A DNA stretch of 64,000 bases from contig JANHCV010000012.1 in the NCBI GenBank assembly GCA_025594325.1, positions 1,364,001-1,428,000 on the forward strand. Direction: 5' to 3'. Source of the DNA: Blastocladiella emersonii ATCC 22665. Its lineage: Eukaryota; Fungi; Blastocladiomycota. A model generated the notes under the pieces. It was given only the letters and a program-made list of their open reading frames with translations, was not told the origin of the DNA and ran no database searches. The position numbers and the translations under genes were made by a program. This document shows positions 1 through 12,800 of this stretch, piece after piece (within the stretch, counting starts at the first letter, position 1; each line of letters starts with the position of its first letter).

Positions 1-1507
1 TCGAGCGGCGTGCCCACGGCGTTGGTCACGCACACGACGAACCCGCGGTCCGTCGACTCCGCGGCGGCGGGTTGCGTGCCGGAGGGCGAGGCCGCGGACT
101 CGGTGCGCGGCTGCTGCGACACGACCGCGACGTGCTCGCGGTTACTCGCGAGCACCGCGAGACCCGGGACGGCCTTCTCGACGCGGGCGCCGGCCTTGTA
201 GTCCCAGTACGTGAGCGTGTCGTTGCCCGTGCGCGGCGCGTAGACGAGGGCGTTGCGGATGTGCGCGTGGACGTACTCGGGGTGCAGGTTGCAGAAGTAG
301 ATGGCGCTGTCGACTGCGAGCGCGAGCCGCAGACCACCGGCCTCCCACGTCACGGCGCGCAGCACCTTGCCCTGCGGCACCTTGAGGTACCGGATGTACG
401 CGCCGTGCGCCGTGTACAGCTGGACGACGACGAGCGGCTTCTCGGCGCCGTCTGCGCCCTTGACCCGCTGGTGCCCGCCCACCGCGAGCACGGTGCCCGT
501 CGGGTCCCACTTGAGCACCAGGCCCTGCATGTTCGTGTCGAGGAGGACCGGTCCTACGGTGCGGGCGGGGTTAGTCACTGAATGCGGGCGCCGATCCCAC
601 GGAAAAGCGTACGTGGGTCGCGCTCGTGGCGGTTGATCTGCAGCTTGCCGTTGTCGAGGGCGATGGCGAGGCACGGGCGGTCGGCGGCCATGTAGTTGCG
701 CGACGCGGCGTGCCAGTCGATGGCGACGACCTTGGCGCCCTCGCCGGCGTACAGCGGGACCTTGTGCTGCTCTCACCGACGCGTCAGTTGCAGCACTCCA
801 TCGGGACACGCGAGAGAGGTGACGTACGAGATAGTTGGCCTGCGCATCAAACAACTTGAGCGCGCCGTCGGCCGTCGCGAACAGGAGGAACGCGGCGTCG
901 GGCGACCACGCGACATGGGTGAGCTGGCTCCCCAAATCCTTGCCGAGGATGCGGTTCCCCTCGACGCCGCCAACGATGATGTTCCCGTCCGTGTACGCGA
1001 TAGCGATCTTGTCGCCGGCGCGGCTCCACTGCAGGTCGGCGACGGTCGCCTTCGCGCGGTCGTTGACCATCTCCTCGTACCACATGCCCTTGTACAGGAC
1101 CCACACGATGATCATGCCGTTGCTGTCGGCGGTCGTCAGCTTGGTGTGGGTGTCGTTCCACGCCACCTTGACCACGGTCCCGCTGTGGCCCTCGAGCGTC
1201 TGCGACAGCGACAGGCTCGCGGGCGCCTGCGGCGCGGCGCCGCCCGACTTGCCGCCGTTGCCCGGGGCGGGAGCGGCGGGGGCGGCGGCGGCGGGAGGAG
1301 GGGCTTCCTGCAGCTTCAGCACCTTGAGCAGCGCCTGCTCGCCGCCGCAGCACACCCAGCCGGGCGAGTTCTCCCACCCGAGAGCGTGCAGCTGCGTGTC
1401 ATTGGGGATCGAGATCTATCAAAGCGAGGCTCGGGGTGGTGAGCGCGGGCTCGTTTTTCGGAGGAGCGCGGTGACCGACCGACCTTCTTGGACAGGTAGA
1501 TAAACAT
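1..1507 (-). CDS. WDR35: Intraflagellar transport protein IFT121/WDR35, 5' part (runs off the window start); exons 1484-1507, 828-1415, 613-766, <1-553
   Basis: The spliced N-terminus MFIYLSKK|ISIPNDTQL and the segments QTLEGHSGTVVKVAWN, WVLYKGMWYEEMVN and WEAGGLRLALAVDSAIYF match WDR35 as I recall it. Three GT-AG introns (1416-1483, 767-827, 554-612) keep the frame. Confidence 0.93.
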
Positions 1508-1811
1508 GCTTGCGGCTTCTCTCGCGTCTCCATCAGCTGCATTGGTGGCGGGAAAGCAGGTGAGAGACGCGACAGCTGCAGGAGTGCGAAACGCGTCGCG
1601 ACGCGCGTGCGGCTCAGCGCGCGTGACCGGTCGATCGAGTCAGGCGAGTCCGCGTGACCGACTGCGCTTTTCGCCGCCCTTCGTGGCGCTGGTCATCGCG
1701 CGGCTACTCGTTTCTATCACCGCCCTCGTACACGGCACACGATCGCCGCTGCTAGGCTCCACGCCACTCTACGCAAACGAACGAAGCAAACGCATCGAGT
1801 CCCACGCCAAA

Positions 1812-2921
1812 ATGCCGCCCAAGAAGAACGACAAGAAGGCGCAGCAGGCCAAGCAGGCCAAGGTGGTCGAGGACAAGACGTTCGGGCTCAAGAACAAGAA
1901 CAAGTCGGCCAAGGTGCAAAAGTACGTCGAGGAGGTCAAGAAGCAGGCGAGCAACGCGACGCAGCAGAAGCGCGGCGGGCCGCCCGAGCCGGCGGGGCCG
2001 ACCAAGAAGGAGCGCGAGGCGCAGCGCAAGGCCGAGCTGGCCGAGCTGTTCAAGCCGGTGCAGACGCAGAAGGTGCCGTTCGGGACCGACCCCAAGACGG
2101 TGCTGTGCGCCTTCTTCAAGTCCGGGCTGTGCCAGAAGGGCGCCAAGTGCAAGTTCTCGCACGACCCGAACGTGGAGCGCAAGTCGGCCAAGATCGACGT
2201 GTACTCGGACAAGCGCGACCAGGACAAGGAGGCCGACTCCATGGACACGTGGGACCAGAACAAGCTCGAGTCGGTTATCAAGTCCAAGCACGGCAACCCG
2301 CGCACGACTACCGACATTGTGTGCAAGCACTTTCTCGAGGCCATCGAGAACGCCAAGTACGGGTGGTTCTGGGTGTGCCCCGCGGGCGGCGACCAGTGCA
2401 AGTACCGGCACGCGCTGCCGCCGGGCTACGTGCTCAAGAAGAAGGCCGACAAGAAGGCGGGCGACGACGACGTGATCCCGCTCGAGGAGTTCCTCGAGAC
2501 GGAGCGCCACCAGCTCGGCACCAACCTGACCCCAATCACGCTCGAGACCTTCACCGCGTGGAAGGCGCGCCGCCTCGAGGCCGCCGCCCAGGCCGAGGCC
2601 GACGCCACCAAGGCCAAGGCCGACGCCCTCAAGGCCGGCCGCAAGCAGGGCCTGTCGGGCCGCGACCTGTTCACGCTGCAGGCGCCCGAGGACATGGACG
2701 ACGGCGGCGCCGACGGCGGCGACGCCGACGACAACGACTTTGACCTGTCGCGCTACCTCCGCGACCGCGCCGAGTCGGACGCGGCCGCCGAGGCCGAGGC
2801 CCAGCGCCAGTCCGAGTCGGCCCGCGCGGCCGCGGGCGAGCGCGGCGGCGAGCAGGACGAACCGCCAGCCGCGAGTCTCGAGCAGCTCGCGCTCGAGGAC
2901 GTGGCCGAGGACGAGCAGTAG
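1812..2921 (+). CDS. TMA46: CCCH zinc-finger translation machinery-associated protein Tma46/ZC3H15 (DFRP1)
   Basis: MPPKK start, VEDKTFGLKNKNKSAKVQKYV, two CCCH fingers (CAFFKSGLCQKGAKCKFSH; CKHF...GWFWVCP...CKYRH) and an acidic tail. The ORF track's extension back to 1506 overlaps the WDR35 start and is not credible. Confidence 0.92.
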   Translation: MPPKKNDKKAQQAKQAKVVEDKTFGLKNKNKSAKVQKYVEEVKKQASNATQQKRGGPPEPAGPTKKEREAQRKAELAELFKPVQTQKVPFGTDPKTVLCAFFKSGLCQKGAKCKFSHDPNVERKSAKIDVYSDKRDQDKEADSMDTWDQNKLESVIKSKHGNPRTTTDIVCKHFLEAIENAKYGWFWVCPAGGDQCKYRHALPPGYVLKKKADKKAGDDDVIPLEEFLETERHQLGTNLTPITLETFTAWKARRLEAAAQAEADATKAKADALKAGRKQGLSGRDLFTLQAPEDMDDGGADGGDADDNDFDLSRYLRDRAESDAAAEAEAQRQSESARAAAGERGGEQDEPPAASLEQLALEDVAEDEQ

Positions 2922-3100
2922 TCGCCGTCTCGGCGGGTGCTGTGGTGGGTGGATTCACCGGATACACGCGTACTTTTTCCTTATATTTGGACCGTGCGGG
3001 CAAACTGAGGTGTAAGCTCGGCGCACGGTTGGGTGCTGTGCCTCGCCGCGGACGGACGCGTGGGTCACTGGAGCGCGTGCGCGTGCCGACGGCGCCGACC

Positions 3101-3107
3101 TATAAAG
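3101..3107 (+). promoter_or_regulatory. TATA box upstream of the dioxygenase gene
   Basis: TATAAAG 62 nt before the ATG at 3163, in GC-rich DNA, followed by a pyrimidine-rich leader. Confidence 0.5.
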
Positions 3108-3162
3108 TGCGCCAGCTCCCCCCGACCCCCTCCCGCTCTCTCGCCCGCCACCAAACTAGCTC

Positions 3163-4210
3163 ATGCAACTTGACGATCCCATCATGGTCGCCGACTTTGC
3201 CTTCACCGACGCCATGAAGGCGCAGTTCCTTGACCAGGGCTACCTGATCCTGCCCGGCTTCTTCTCGCCCGCCGACGCGGCGCGCCTCAAGACCCGCGCC
3301 GACGAGCTGCTGCGCGACATGGACCTGACGCACCACCCGATGACCAAGTTCGAGACGGGCGGCGAGTCGGGCGAGAAGCACATTGGCGACGCGTACTTCC
3401 TCGAGTCGGGGGATAAGATCAGGTACTTTTTCGAAGAAGGGGCCTTCGACGCCCAGGGCAACCTCGTCAAACCCAAGGAGCGCGCCATCAACAAGATTGG
3501 CCACGGTTCGTTTTTCTCGGTGTGTTGCGGCGGGTACGGAGCGGACTGACGCAACCGTGTGTAGCCCTTCACGTCCTCGACCCGACGTTCCGCGAGTTCT
3601 CGCACCGCCCCGCCATTGTCGACATTGCGCGCAAGCTCGACTTTGTCAAGCCCGTCATCCTGCAGTCCATGCTCATCTTCAAGCAGCCGCGTACGTCGCC
3701 TGTTCGCTCGCTCGCGGCGCCCACCCGTCCCCGCTCACCCACGCCACCCGCCGTGCCGTAGAGATCGGTGGCGCCGTGCCGCCGCACCAGGACTCGACGT
3801 TCCTGTACACGGACCCGCCGTCGGCCGTCGGGTTCTGGTACGCGCTCGAGGACTGCACGCTGACCAACGGGTGCCTCACCTTCGTGCCGGGGTCGCACAA
3901 GGCGTGCCCGATCAAGCGCCGGTTCGTGCGCGTGCACCCGTCGGGCGAGGGCGGCACCACCTTCGAGGGCGAGGGCGACGGCAAGTACCCGTACCCCGAG
4001 TCCGACTACGTCGTCGGCGAGGTCAAGGCCGGGTCGCTCGTCCTCATCCACGGCGGCGTCGTCCACGCCAGCGCCGCCAACAAGTCGGACAAGTCCCGCT
4101 TCATCTACACGTTCCACGTCGTCGACGGCAGCCGCACGTATGATGAGAAGAACTGGCTTCAGCCGACGCCCGAGCTGCCGTTCGACTCGCTCTTCGACTA
4201 CCGCGCGTGA
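3163..4210 (+). CDS. Phytanoyl-CoA dioxygenase-family (PHYHD1-like) Fe(II)/2-oxoglutarate oxygenase; introns 3506-3564 and 3691-3761
   Basis: YFLESGDKIRYFFEEGAFD, INKIGH|ALH, QSMLIFKQP, the HQD motif, a distal His (IHGGVVH) and N.S.KSR. Both introns have GT..CTGAC/CTCAC..TAG and restore the frame. Confidence 0.87.
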
Positions 4211-4674
4211 GCGAGGAAGTGGTGGCGTGCGCGCGCGTGGTGCGCGTGGTGTGAGGATGGGATTATACAGATACAGCAGATGACTCTCCTTTCGTTGATC
4301 TGCGACCATAGCGAGGGCCAACCGAAGCGCGCTGACCGCGGCCTTGGTCTCCCGCCAACTCGTCAGTCTCGGCCTCGAGCGCAACGCACGATGAACCGAG
4401 GGGTTATGATGGAGTAACGGGAGCCGGGTCGTGGCTTTCCGAGGCAGAGGACGTGAGCGACGCGACTCGCGACGCGCTCACGTGGCGCGACTTTGACGCG
4501 TAGATCACGCCTGCATCACACCCGCATCCGCAACATTTTTCTGAGCGTTGTATCGTGATCAGAGGCATTCGGGGACCCTATCCATGTGATTACCTCGAGG
4601 TCGATATGTGGGGGTGTCGAGATCTCGTACTTCACCCTCCCCGAACTGATGCGGCGGAGCTCGCGCACCGATCG

Positions 4675-4702
4675 AAGGCCTAAGGCCTAAGGCCGAAGGC
4701 CG
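4675..4702. repeat. 7-bp tandem repeat (AAGGCCT)2(AAGGCCG)2
   Basis: Read directly: aaggcct aaggcct aaggccg aaggccg. Confidence 0.8.
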
Positions 4703-4874
4703 ACGGTCGCACACAAGTGTCGAGCGTTGGGCAAGTGTAATCACTCCGAGGGTGTGTATTGAGCAAGGTGGTTGAGCGTAGTATACAGGGTGAGCTAAGC
4801 TAGGAGGGAGATGTGCAAGGCCACGTCGTGCGCGAGCGAGCGGGACGCCGCGCACCGCGTGCGTGCGTGCGCGT

Positions 4875-5343
4875 CTAGTAGCGGCCGATGGCCTCGTCGT
4901 CGCTGCCGTCGGGCCGGACCTGCGACCAGTTGATGGGGAGCGGCACCCACAGGGAGAAGAGACCTGGTGGGCGAGAGAACGAGTGAGTGAGTCGCCAGTC
5001 GAGCTGGCGACGAGGATCAACCGGAGGCGGTACCGATGAAGCGCGTGTTCTCCTCGGGCACGTCAATGACGGAGAAGAGCTTGAAGTCCTTGCGGTCATA
5101 CAGCATGCTGGCGATCTGCGCGGCCGCCTTGCGCTCGAGCCACGAGCGGCCGTCGCTACGCGGGCGATGGGGACGACGGTGAGCGGGGGGTGCTCGTACG
5201 CGCGAGCGGCGTAGCGGTCAGCGGTACCTCTTCATCTTGGTCTCAATGTACTTCTTGAACGACCTCTCGTCGGGGTTGGTCGCAAACGCCGTGGCGGCGA
5301 GCGCGACGACGACCGAGACGAGGGTGACAAAGTTCTTGCTCAT
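4875..5343 (-). CDS. Small (~108 aa) protein with an N-terminal hydrophobic segment, DUF4359-like; exons 5228-5343, 5034-5155, 4875-4963
   Basis: Splicing gives MSKNFVTLVSVVVALAATAFATNPDERSFKKYIETKMKSDGRSWLERKAAAQIASMLYDRKDFKLFSVIDVPEENTRFIGLFSLWVPLPINW... The TNP, F.LFS and FIG.F pattern resembles DUF4359. Introns are 5156-5227 and 4964-5033. Confidence 0.6.
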
Positions 5344-5717
5344 CGTGGCCGTGGAGGGAGGCTGGCCGGGGGCAGGCGGCGGGTCAGCCGGTGCATTCAT
5401 TCATGGTTCATTCATTCATCGAGCCTTGCATACATGGAGTGGGGGTGGCGTAGTTGTTGTTGCGAGAGCGCGAGCTGGCGACGGCCGGCGCGAGCGTGAA
5501 AAACGAGTGCAGCCTGCGTTTCAGGTCGGCCGACGGGCGTGGCAGGCCCGGCCGACGCCGCGCGCGTGACCGCAGACGTCAGTACGTCGCGTCGCCGCCG
5601 CGCTGCTGCTGCCGCGGGCAACGCGCCCGACGCGATCTGCCGCCTCTTCTGCTGTAACGCACACGAAGCACACGCATCCCCGCCCCCTGCAACGCATCAA
5701 CACCCTACGCACGCACC

Positions 5718-6752
5718 ATGGCGCCACCTCCGACCAAGGACTCGACGACGGCGGCGGCCGCGGGTAAGCCCGACGTGGACGCCGTGTCCGCGGCGACGGC
5801 GGACCTGTCGCTCGGGTCGGCGGCGGCCAACGTGCCCGACCGCGTCATCGTGCACCCGCTGGTGCTGCTGTCGGTCGTCGACCACTACAACCGCGTGGCC
5901 AAGAACACGCGCAAGCGCGTCGTGGGCGTGCTGCTCGGCCAGCACACGGGCAAGGAGTTCAACGTGGCCAACTCGTTTGCCGTGCCCTTCGAGGAGGACG
6001 AGAAGGATCCCAGTGTCTGGTTCCTCGACCACAACTACATCGAGTCCATGAACGAGATGTTCAAGAAGGTGAACGCGCGCGAGCGCATGATCGGCTGGTA
6101 CCACACGGGCCCGAAGCTGCGCGCCTCGGACCTCGAGATCAACGAGATGCTCAAGCGCTTCATCAAGGACCCCGTGCTCGTCGTCGTCGACGTCAAGCCC
6201 AACCACATTGGCCTGCCCACCGACGCCTATTTCGCCATCGAGGACATCAAGGACGACGGCACCCCCGTCGCCCGCACCTTCATGCACGTGCCGTCGGCCG
6301 TCGAGGCCGAGGAGGCCGAGGAGATTGGCGTCGAGCACCTGCTGCGCGACATCAAGGACAACGCCGTCGGCACCCTGTCGACGCGCCTGCAGGACCAGCT
6401 CGAGTCGACGCGCGGGCTCGTGTCGCACCTCGACGGCATCCAGACCTACCTGCGCAAGGTGGCCGCCGGCGAGCTGCCCGTGCACCACGACATCATCTAC
6501 AACCTGCAGGACGTGTTCAACTGCCTGCCCAACATCGACGTGCCCGCCACCACCCGCGCCTTCCACATCAAGACCAACGACCAGCTCATGGTCATGTACC
6601 TCGCCTCCACCATCCGCGCCGTCCTCGCCCTCCACAACCTCATCAACAACAAGCTCGAGAACAAGGCCTCCGAAGACGGCAAGTCCGACGACAACGCCGT
6701 GTCCTCGGCCGAGGACCACCTCAAGTCCAAGGACAACACGGTCAAGGCATGA
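5718..6752 (+). CDS. RPN8: 26S proteasome lid subunit Rpn8/PSMD7 (MPN domain), intronless
   Basis: [82 protein letters not shown]. Confidence 0.97.
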   Translation: MAPPPTKDSTTAAAAGKPDVDAVSAATADLSLGSAAANVPDRVIVHPLVLLSVVDHYNRVAKNTRKRVVGVLLGQHTGKEFNVANSFAVPFEEDEKDPSVWFLDHNYIESMNEMFKKVNARERMIGWYHTGPKLRASDLEINEMLKRFIKDPVLVVVDVKPNHIGLPTDAYFAIEDIKDDGTPVARTFMHVPSAVEAEEAEEIGVEHLLRDIKDNAVGTLSTRLQDQLESTRGLVSHLDGIQTYLRKVAAGELPVHHDIIYNLQDVFNCLPNIDVPATTRAFHIKTNDQLMVMYLASTIRAVLALHNLINNKLENKASEDGKSDDNAVSSAEDHLKSKDNTVKA

Positions 6753-6858
6753 GTCTGATTGTCTGCTTGCTGCTGTCACGATTCGAATACACGAGTGTTT
6801 TACTAAATCACAAGAGCCAGTCTGTTCATTACTTTGTCTCTCCTACATCTTCGCCTCC

Positions 6859-9800
6859 TCACCGCTGCATCTCGAGCAGCACCATGTCGACGCACGAGTT
6901 GATCCAGTCGCGGCGCGGCGCCAGGTCGACGCCAAAGTAGTTGCTGAGCGACGTGCGCACCGACTTTTTCGTGACCAGCGCCAGGTCGCTCTGCGCGAGC
7001 AGCACGCGCACTTGGTCGAGGATCATCTGGTCCGAGACCGCGCCGCCCGCGCCCGCGCCACGGCCCAGCGTCTGGCCGCCCGGCGGCGGCATCCCGCTCG
7101 CGAGCTGCGGCGAAAACAGGTTGGCCATGGACGGCGAGTACCCGAACCCGCCCATCCCCATGCCCATGCCGCCCATGGCGCTCATCGGCATCCCCGTCGC
7201 GCTCATGGGCGTGCCGTGCGGGACCGCCGGGTACATGTACCCGCCGGGCGCCGCGGACATGGCCGACATGGGCACCATGTTGCCGCCGCCGTCCGCGTAC
7301 ACGTTGGTGCGGTACATGTCGGTGAGCGACGCGACGCTGGCCGAGTGCGCGCCGCGCAGGAGGTTCGCCGAGCTGCTGTTCATGTGGAGCGCGGCCGTCG
7401 ACCCGTGCCCGTCGATGCCCGCAGCCGAGCGCAGGTTGTCGGTGCTCCCGCCGCGCGTCTTGACCGACTTCTTGAGCGTGCCGAGATCGCCGCTCGCGGC
7501 CGCCAGGTTGTCCATGGACGCCTTGGTCGCGTCGAGCGACGCCTCGGTCCGCTTCACCCGCTTGTAGTCGTCCCACTTGGCCGTCGGGATCGTCGACGGG
7601 TCGAAGAGCTCGTTGTCGCCGTCGTGCCCGCCCTTGCCGCTGTCGCCCTCGATACGGCGGGTCGCGCCCCTGTACGATGATTCGTGGTTAGCGATGAGTT
7701 CGCGGGCATGGCGGCGAGGCGATGGACGCGTACCAACTGAAGTCGTCAAAGTGCCAGAACTAGACGACGGGTGAGCGGGCGGCGGTCAGCACACACACGA
7801 AGGACGAACACGCAAGGTCCAAGACGTACCGAGTACAGCGGAATGTACATGTAGAAGACGGGCATGGCGAGGATGTGCACGAGCATCCAGCCAATGTGCT
7901 GGAACTGGCGCTTGATGAGGAAGATGACGGCCTGCATGCCGTACGTGGCCGCGATCAGGATCAGGACCTGCATGTGCGCCTTGCTGTCCATGATGACCAG
8001 GTAGATGAGGTAGCCGAGGTAGCCCACACTGGCCGGCATCACGAGCGTCGCCACGAGATCCGTGATGATGACCAGTCGCATCGAAAAGATCAGACACCCG
8101 CAGAGATCGCTACGCGCGGAACGTCGTCGAGGTCAGCAGAGTCCCTCGCGGCGAGCAGCGGCCCATCGCGTACCTCACGGCCGACAGCTCGAACAGGTTG
8201 TGGATGGTCGAGTTGATCCAGCGGCGGCGCTGCGAGAGGAGCACCGAGAACGAGTCGGGGACGATGGTCAGGCAGTACGCGTCGGGGATGAACTTCTGCG
8301 ACCACTGGTTGAACTTTTTCAGCATGAGCGTCGTCAGGTACCGGTCCTCGCCGAGCGACAGCAGGTTCTTCTTGTGCAGCGTGTCGACCACCGACTCGGC
8401 GTACAGATCGATGATCTCCGAGTCGATGAGCAGCAGCGTCTTCTTGCCGCCGCGCTGCGAGTAGAGCCGGTACATGGAGAAGCATCTGGTCGGTGGACAC
8501 GGCCGAGTCAGTTTTGCGCCGATAATGGTCGTTGTGGGGAGCGAGAGCGTACCCGGGAAGACACGTCACGGTGCCGAACAGCGACTCGAAAGCCTAGCGA
8601 GAGAACATCGGGTCAGTTCCGTGGTCCAGTTGGGCGTGGCCATCATCACGCGAACGCACCTTGGCGAGGTGATGCGAGATCCAGTACTCGTAGACCTGGA
8701 TCATGGTGATCCACGACTGCTTCTCGTTGGCGATCTTGGTCAGGCCGCAGAGCCCCATGATCTTGCCGTCGTTGACGCACGCCGACACGAGCCGCGTGAG
8801 ACTGTCGGGCCCGACCTCGGTGTCGGCGTCGACCATGAGAATGTACTCGTACAGCGCCGGCTGCACGCCAATCACGTTGCGGACGTGCCGGTACATCTCG
8901 AGCTCGAGCGGCGTCATGGGCAGGTTGAGGTGCACCTGGAGGGCGGCCGATGGGGTTAGTCACGGATTCACGGACACGAGCGCGCCGCAAGCGTACCTTG
9001 TTGAGCCACTTCATAAGGACCATCTGCGAGTCGCGCTTTCCGCGGTTCCCGGCCTTGGTCGTCTCCTGCTCGGTGCCGCACTTGATCACGACAATGTAGG
9101 GTACGGCGCGGCCCTGGACGTGGTACAGGCCCGAGTAGATTTTGCCCTTGTTGTGTCCCTTGGACCCCTCGCCGATGGCGTGGTAGCTGAACCCGGACAC
9201 GTCGCGGTGCGTGTCGGGGACGCCGAGAATGTCGAGGACGAGGTCGGGCGTCGGCTTGTCGTTGCCCGAGCCCTTGACCATGCCGTCGGCGACGACGAAC
9301 AACAGCTTGCGCGTGTCGTCGTAGGTCGTCAGGGCGAGCGAGTCGATGGTCTTCTTGAGCGAGTCGGTGCCTTCCGAGTAGCACGGGACCTGCATGATCA
9401 CGTACTTGTCAATGTCCTCGGGCATGCGCTTGGACCCGAGCTGCAGCGCCGACAGGAACTTGATGACCATGATGGCGACCATGACGTAGGTCACGCCCAT
9501 GAGAATGTACGTCGAGATCTGGCAGACGAGGTAGTTGCGGTTGTCGACGACGCCGACCCACGCCACGGCGTCGAGGCACTTCATGTTGACGTACTTTTTC
9601 CCGTACGCCGTAATGTCCTTGCCGCCGTTGGCCAGCAGCAGCGTGCGCTCCGCGTCCGTCAGCGGCGACTTGCCCGACGTCAGCAGCGTCACGTCGTACA
9701 CGTTGTTGTCGATGACCACGAACCGCGACGTGTCCGAGTTGCGCGCCGCCACCGCGTCCAGAGTCCACGCGATCTTGGCCACACGCGACACGGTCAGCGT

Positions 9801-12800
9801 CGGGTCCTTGATCGCCACCTTGAACGCCATCTGGCTGTACGAGTGGCAGTACCCCGTCGCGTTCGACCCCGTCGGCACGCACAGCTTCGGGTCCATGTCG
9901 ATGCCGCGTCGCGACAGCTGGGACTGCTGGTCAGCACCGTCGACCTGGCGGCGCGCGGTCCGCGGCGCGCACACGGACGGCGCCTCGCCCGTGCTTGGGT
10001 TCCAGCGCGGGAAGTAGGCCGAGGCGTCGCGTCCGTGGAGTTCGAGAAACGCCTGCTGGTTGTACCCGTCCGTGTTCGGGTGCGACCAGGACGTCGAGTC
10101 GTAGATGTACCCGTTGATGATGTGGCGCGTCCACTTGGACGAGCCCTCGCGCTGCTCCTTGAACACCTCCTCGAGCGTGTACATGTCGACCTCGGGGCAC
10201 ATGAGCTTGCTGAACCCCGTGATGAAGAAGAGCATGAGCGCCGACAGGATCGCGATGATGGTGCACAGCGCCACCTTCTCGCGCCACGTCTGCCGCACGT
10301 CGTCGCGCGCCATGCCGCGCCAGACCAGCGCCCGCTCCGGGATCCAGAACGTCAGGCACGTCGTCGCGCACAGCCACCGACGCCGGATCTTGGACAGCTT
10401 GGGCTTCTTGGGCGGGTCCGCCGCTTTGGCCTTGGCCGCGTGCGCGGGACCCGCGCCGCCGCCGCCGCCCGCCGCCGCGTCCGCCGCATCGGGACCGAGC
10501 TCGCCCAGCTCAAAGTCGTCCTGCGTCACGACCGTCCCCGCAATGCTGCTGCGGTCGTCCTCGCTCTCGGCGCCGGCCTCTCCCGCCGCCGCCTCCTCGC
10601 GCTGCGCCCGGTCCTGCACCTTGGCAAACGTCACGAGCCCGTGCGCCGTCTCCTGCAGCGCGCCGGCCGTCTCGGCGCCCTCGAGCACGAGCCACTCGGC
10701 GTCGCGCAGGAGCACCAGGTCGCCCGCGTCCGACACGGCGGGCTGGATCGCGAGCGTGTCGCGGAGGTGAGCGACGAGGGTCATCGGGTTGGCGGAGGTG
10801 CTTGCGAGCCCGGCCGACACCTTGGGATACGCCGCGAGGAATGTCGCGACGGGAACCACGGCCGCGTACGGCGCGGTGCGCGCTGCACCGATGAGCGTCG
10901 GGATGCCGAGCTGGCGCACCACGTCGTCCGACAAACCCGAGGTCGGGACGAGCGCCACGGTCCACACGCGGCTCGCGTCGAGCGTCGCGAGCAGCTTGTC
11001 CATGATGACGCGGTGCTGGCCGACGACCGTGTTCGAGAGCCGCGACAGCGGCACGTCCGTGTCGTTCTCGTCCTCGTCGTCCTCGTTGACCGTCTCGGGG
11101 ACCGCCGGCGGGACCTCGGCGAGCGTGGGCGACGCGGGCGACGGCACCGCTGCGGGTCCCGCCGCGACAGCGGCGGTCGCCATGTCGCGCTTGATCCCGC
11201 CCGTGTTGCGGCGGACCATCTTGGTCGGGTTGCGGCGCAGGTTGGCGGCGCGGCCCGCGACAATGGTCTTGGCGCGCTTCGGGTTGACGTACGTGACAAA
11301 GCGCGCCTCGTTGAAGGCCTGCTTGAGCACCGGGTTCTTGTTGGCGTCGCTGCGGCACGCCGTGATGAACTCGGCGGGCACAATCGAGCTCAGCTGCTGC
11401 AGCGCCGTCGTGATCGAGTAGGTCACGATCCCCGTCGAGTGCCGCACCGCGAACCCGGACGCGCTGTCGGTCGGCGGCAGCGAGTAGCTCGGGTGGTGCG
11501 CGTACTGAGAGTGCAGCTTGTCGAGGAGGTGCAGCGACGACACGGCCGCGGCGCGCGCCGTCGGCGTGGTCGGCGACCCGGCCGCCGCCGACGCCGCGGC
11601 AATGTTGCGCGTCTCGCGCTCGAGCAGGTCAAAGATCTCCTCCATGAGCCCCGCGGGCCCGGCCTGGACGAGCGCGTCGATGGCCGCGGCCGCGTCCGCG
11701 TTCCCCGTCGCCGTGCGCACCGTCTGCGCGACGTGCTTGAGGTAGAACTGGTGCATGCGCTCGGCCGCGTAGTTGCGGCACAGCTGGTGCGCGGCGTTGG
11801 TGTACTGGGCCTCGACGCCGCCCATGTCGACGACGTTGATCGTGTGGACCGTGGTCGCCTCGCTGCTCAGCTTGCGGTTGACGAGGTCGAGCAGGTACGA
11901 GAACATGGACCCGTACACGGCCGAGATGAAGTTGCCGCACACCTCGCGCGCTTGGACCGGGTTCAAAAAGTCGGTGTACGCCGAGTCGCCCGACACGGTG
12001 GTCTTGCAGGTCACGACCGACTGCAGGCGCTCGGCGGGGAGACCTAGCAGCGCGGCCGCGGTCTCCAGCACGTCCACGTTGCGCACGTACGCGGCGGCCT
12101 GCTTGTTGCGCGAGTCCATCTCGAACTCGAGGTTGCCGAGGTGCAGCAGGCCCGCGAGTACCGAGAAGAAGGACTGCTGGAACCGCTTCTTGAGGCCGAG
12201 CGCCTTCATGCACTTGGTCATCATGCGGTACGCTACACACGCGGTTGTTAGTGTGGTTGTCGTGCGGGGTTACGGGTCGAAAAACGTACTCGCAGCAGAA
12301 ACGTTCTTGGCAGCGACGCGAGCGCCGTTACACAGGAGGTTGTACTTGGTCTGGTCGGCGACGAGCTTCATGGCCTTGAGCTCGGGCGCAGTCGCCGCGG
12401 CGGCGCAGATGGCGTGCAGGGCGTGGAAGTTGGACTCGGCGAGCGGCGGGTTGCCGGCGCGCGCGTTGTCGAAGTGGTAGTCGCAGATCTTGGCGCCGAC
12501 AATGGTGCCGAGGGCGTCGAACTGGACCTCGGTCAGCTTGCCGTACCGCACCGAGGTGGCGCCGAGCGGCGAGGTCGCGGCGCCCATGCAGTCCATGAGC
12601 AGGTGCGCCTTGGCCAGGTCCGTGTGCAGGCGGTGTGTCGCCTTGCCCGTCGCCGCGCTCTGCCGCATGAGCTGCTCGAGGATCAGCTGGTGCAGGCCCG
12701 TGTGCTGGGTCGATGCGAGGCCACTACGATAATGGAATGCGGGTGAGCAAGGATACGGAGCGGAATCGAGTGGTGAGAGGGACGCACTGGACGTGAATAA

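Noticed and set aside
4520-4680. RNase P/MRP RNA (GATAGGGTCCCCG and TTCGGGGAGGGTGAAGT on the minus strand)
   Set aside because: There is no complementary CR-V strand to form P4, and the conserved regions are not in the required order.
8703-12047. Very long opposite-strand or alternative-frame ORFs (for example 8703-12047 +, 56793-59321 +, 59932-61635 -, 26577-28631 -)
   Set aside because: These are shadow ORFs caused by high GC3 codon bias in real genes. They are Arg/Gly/Val-rich and have no recognisable domains.
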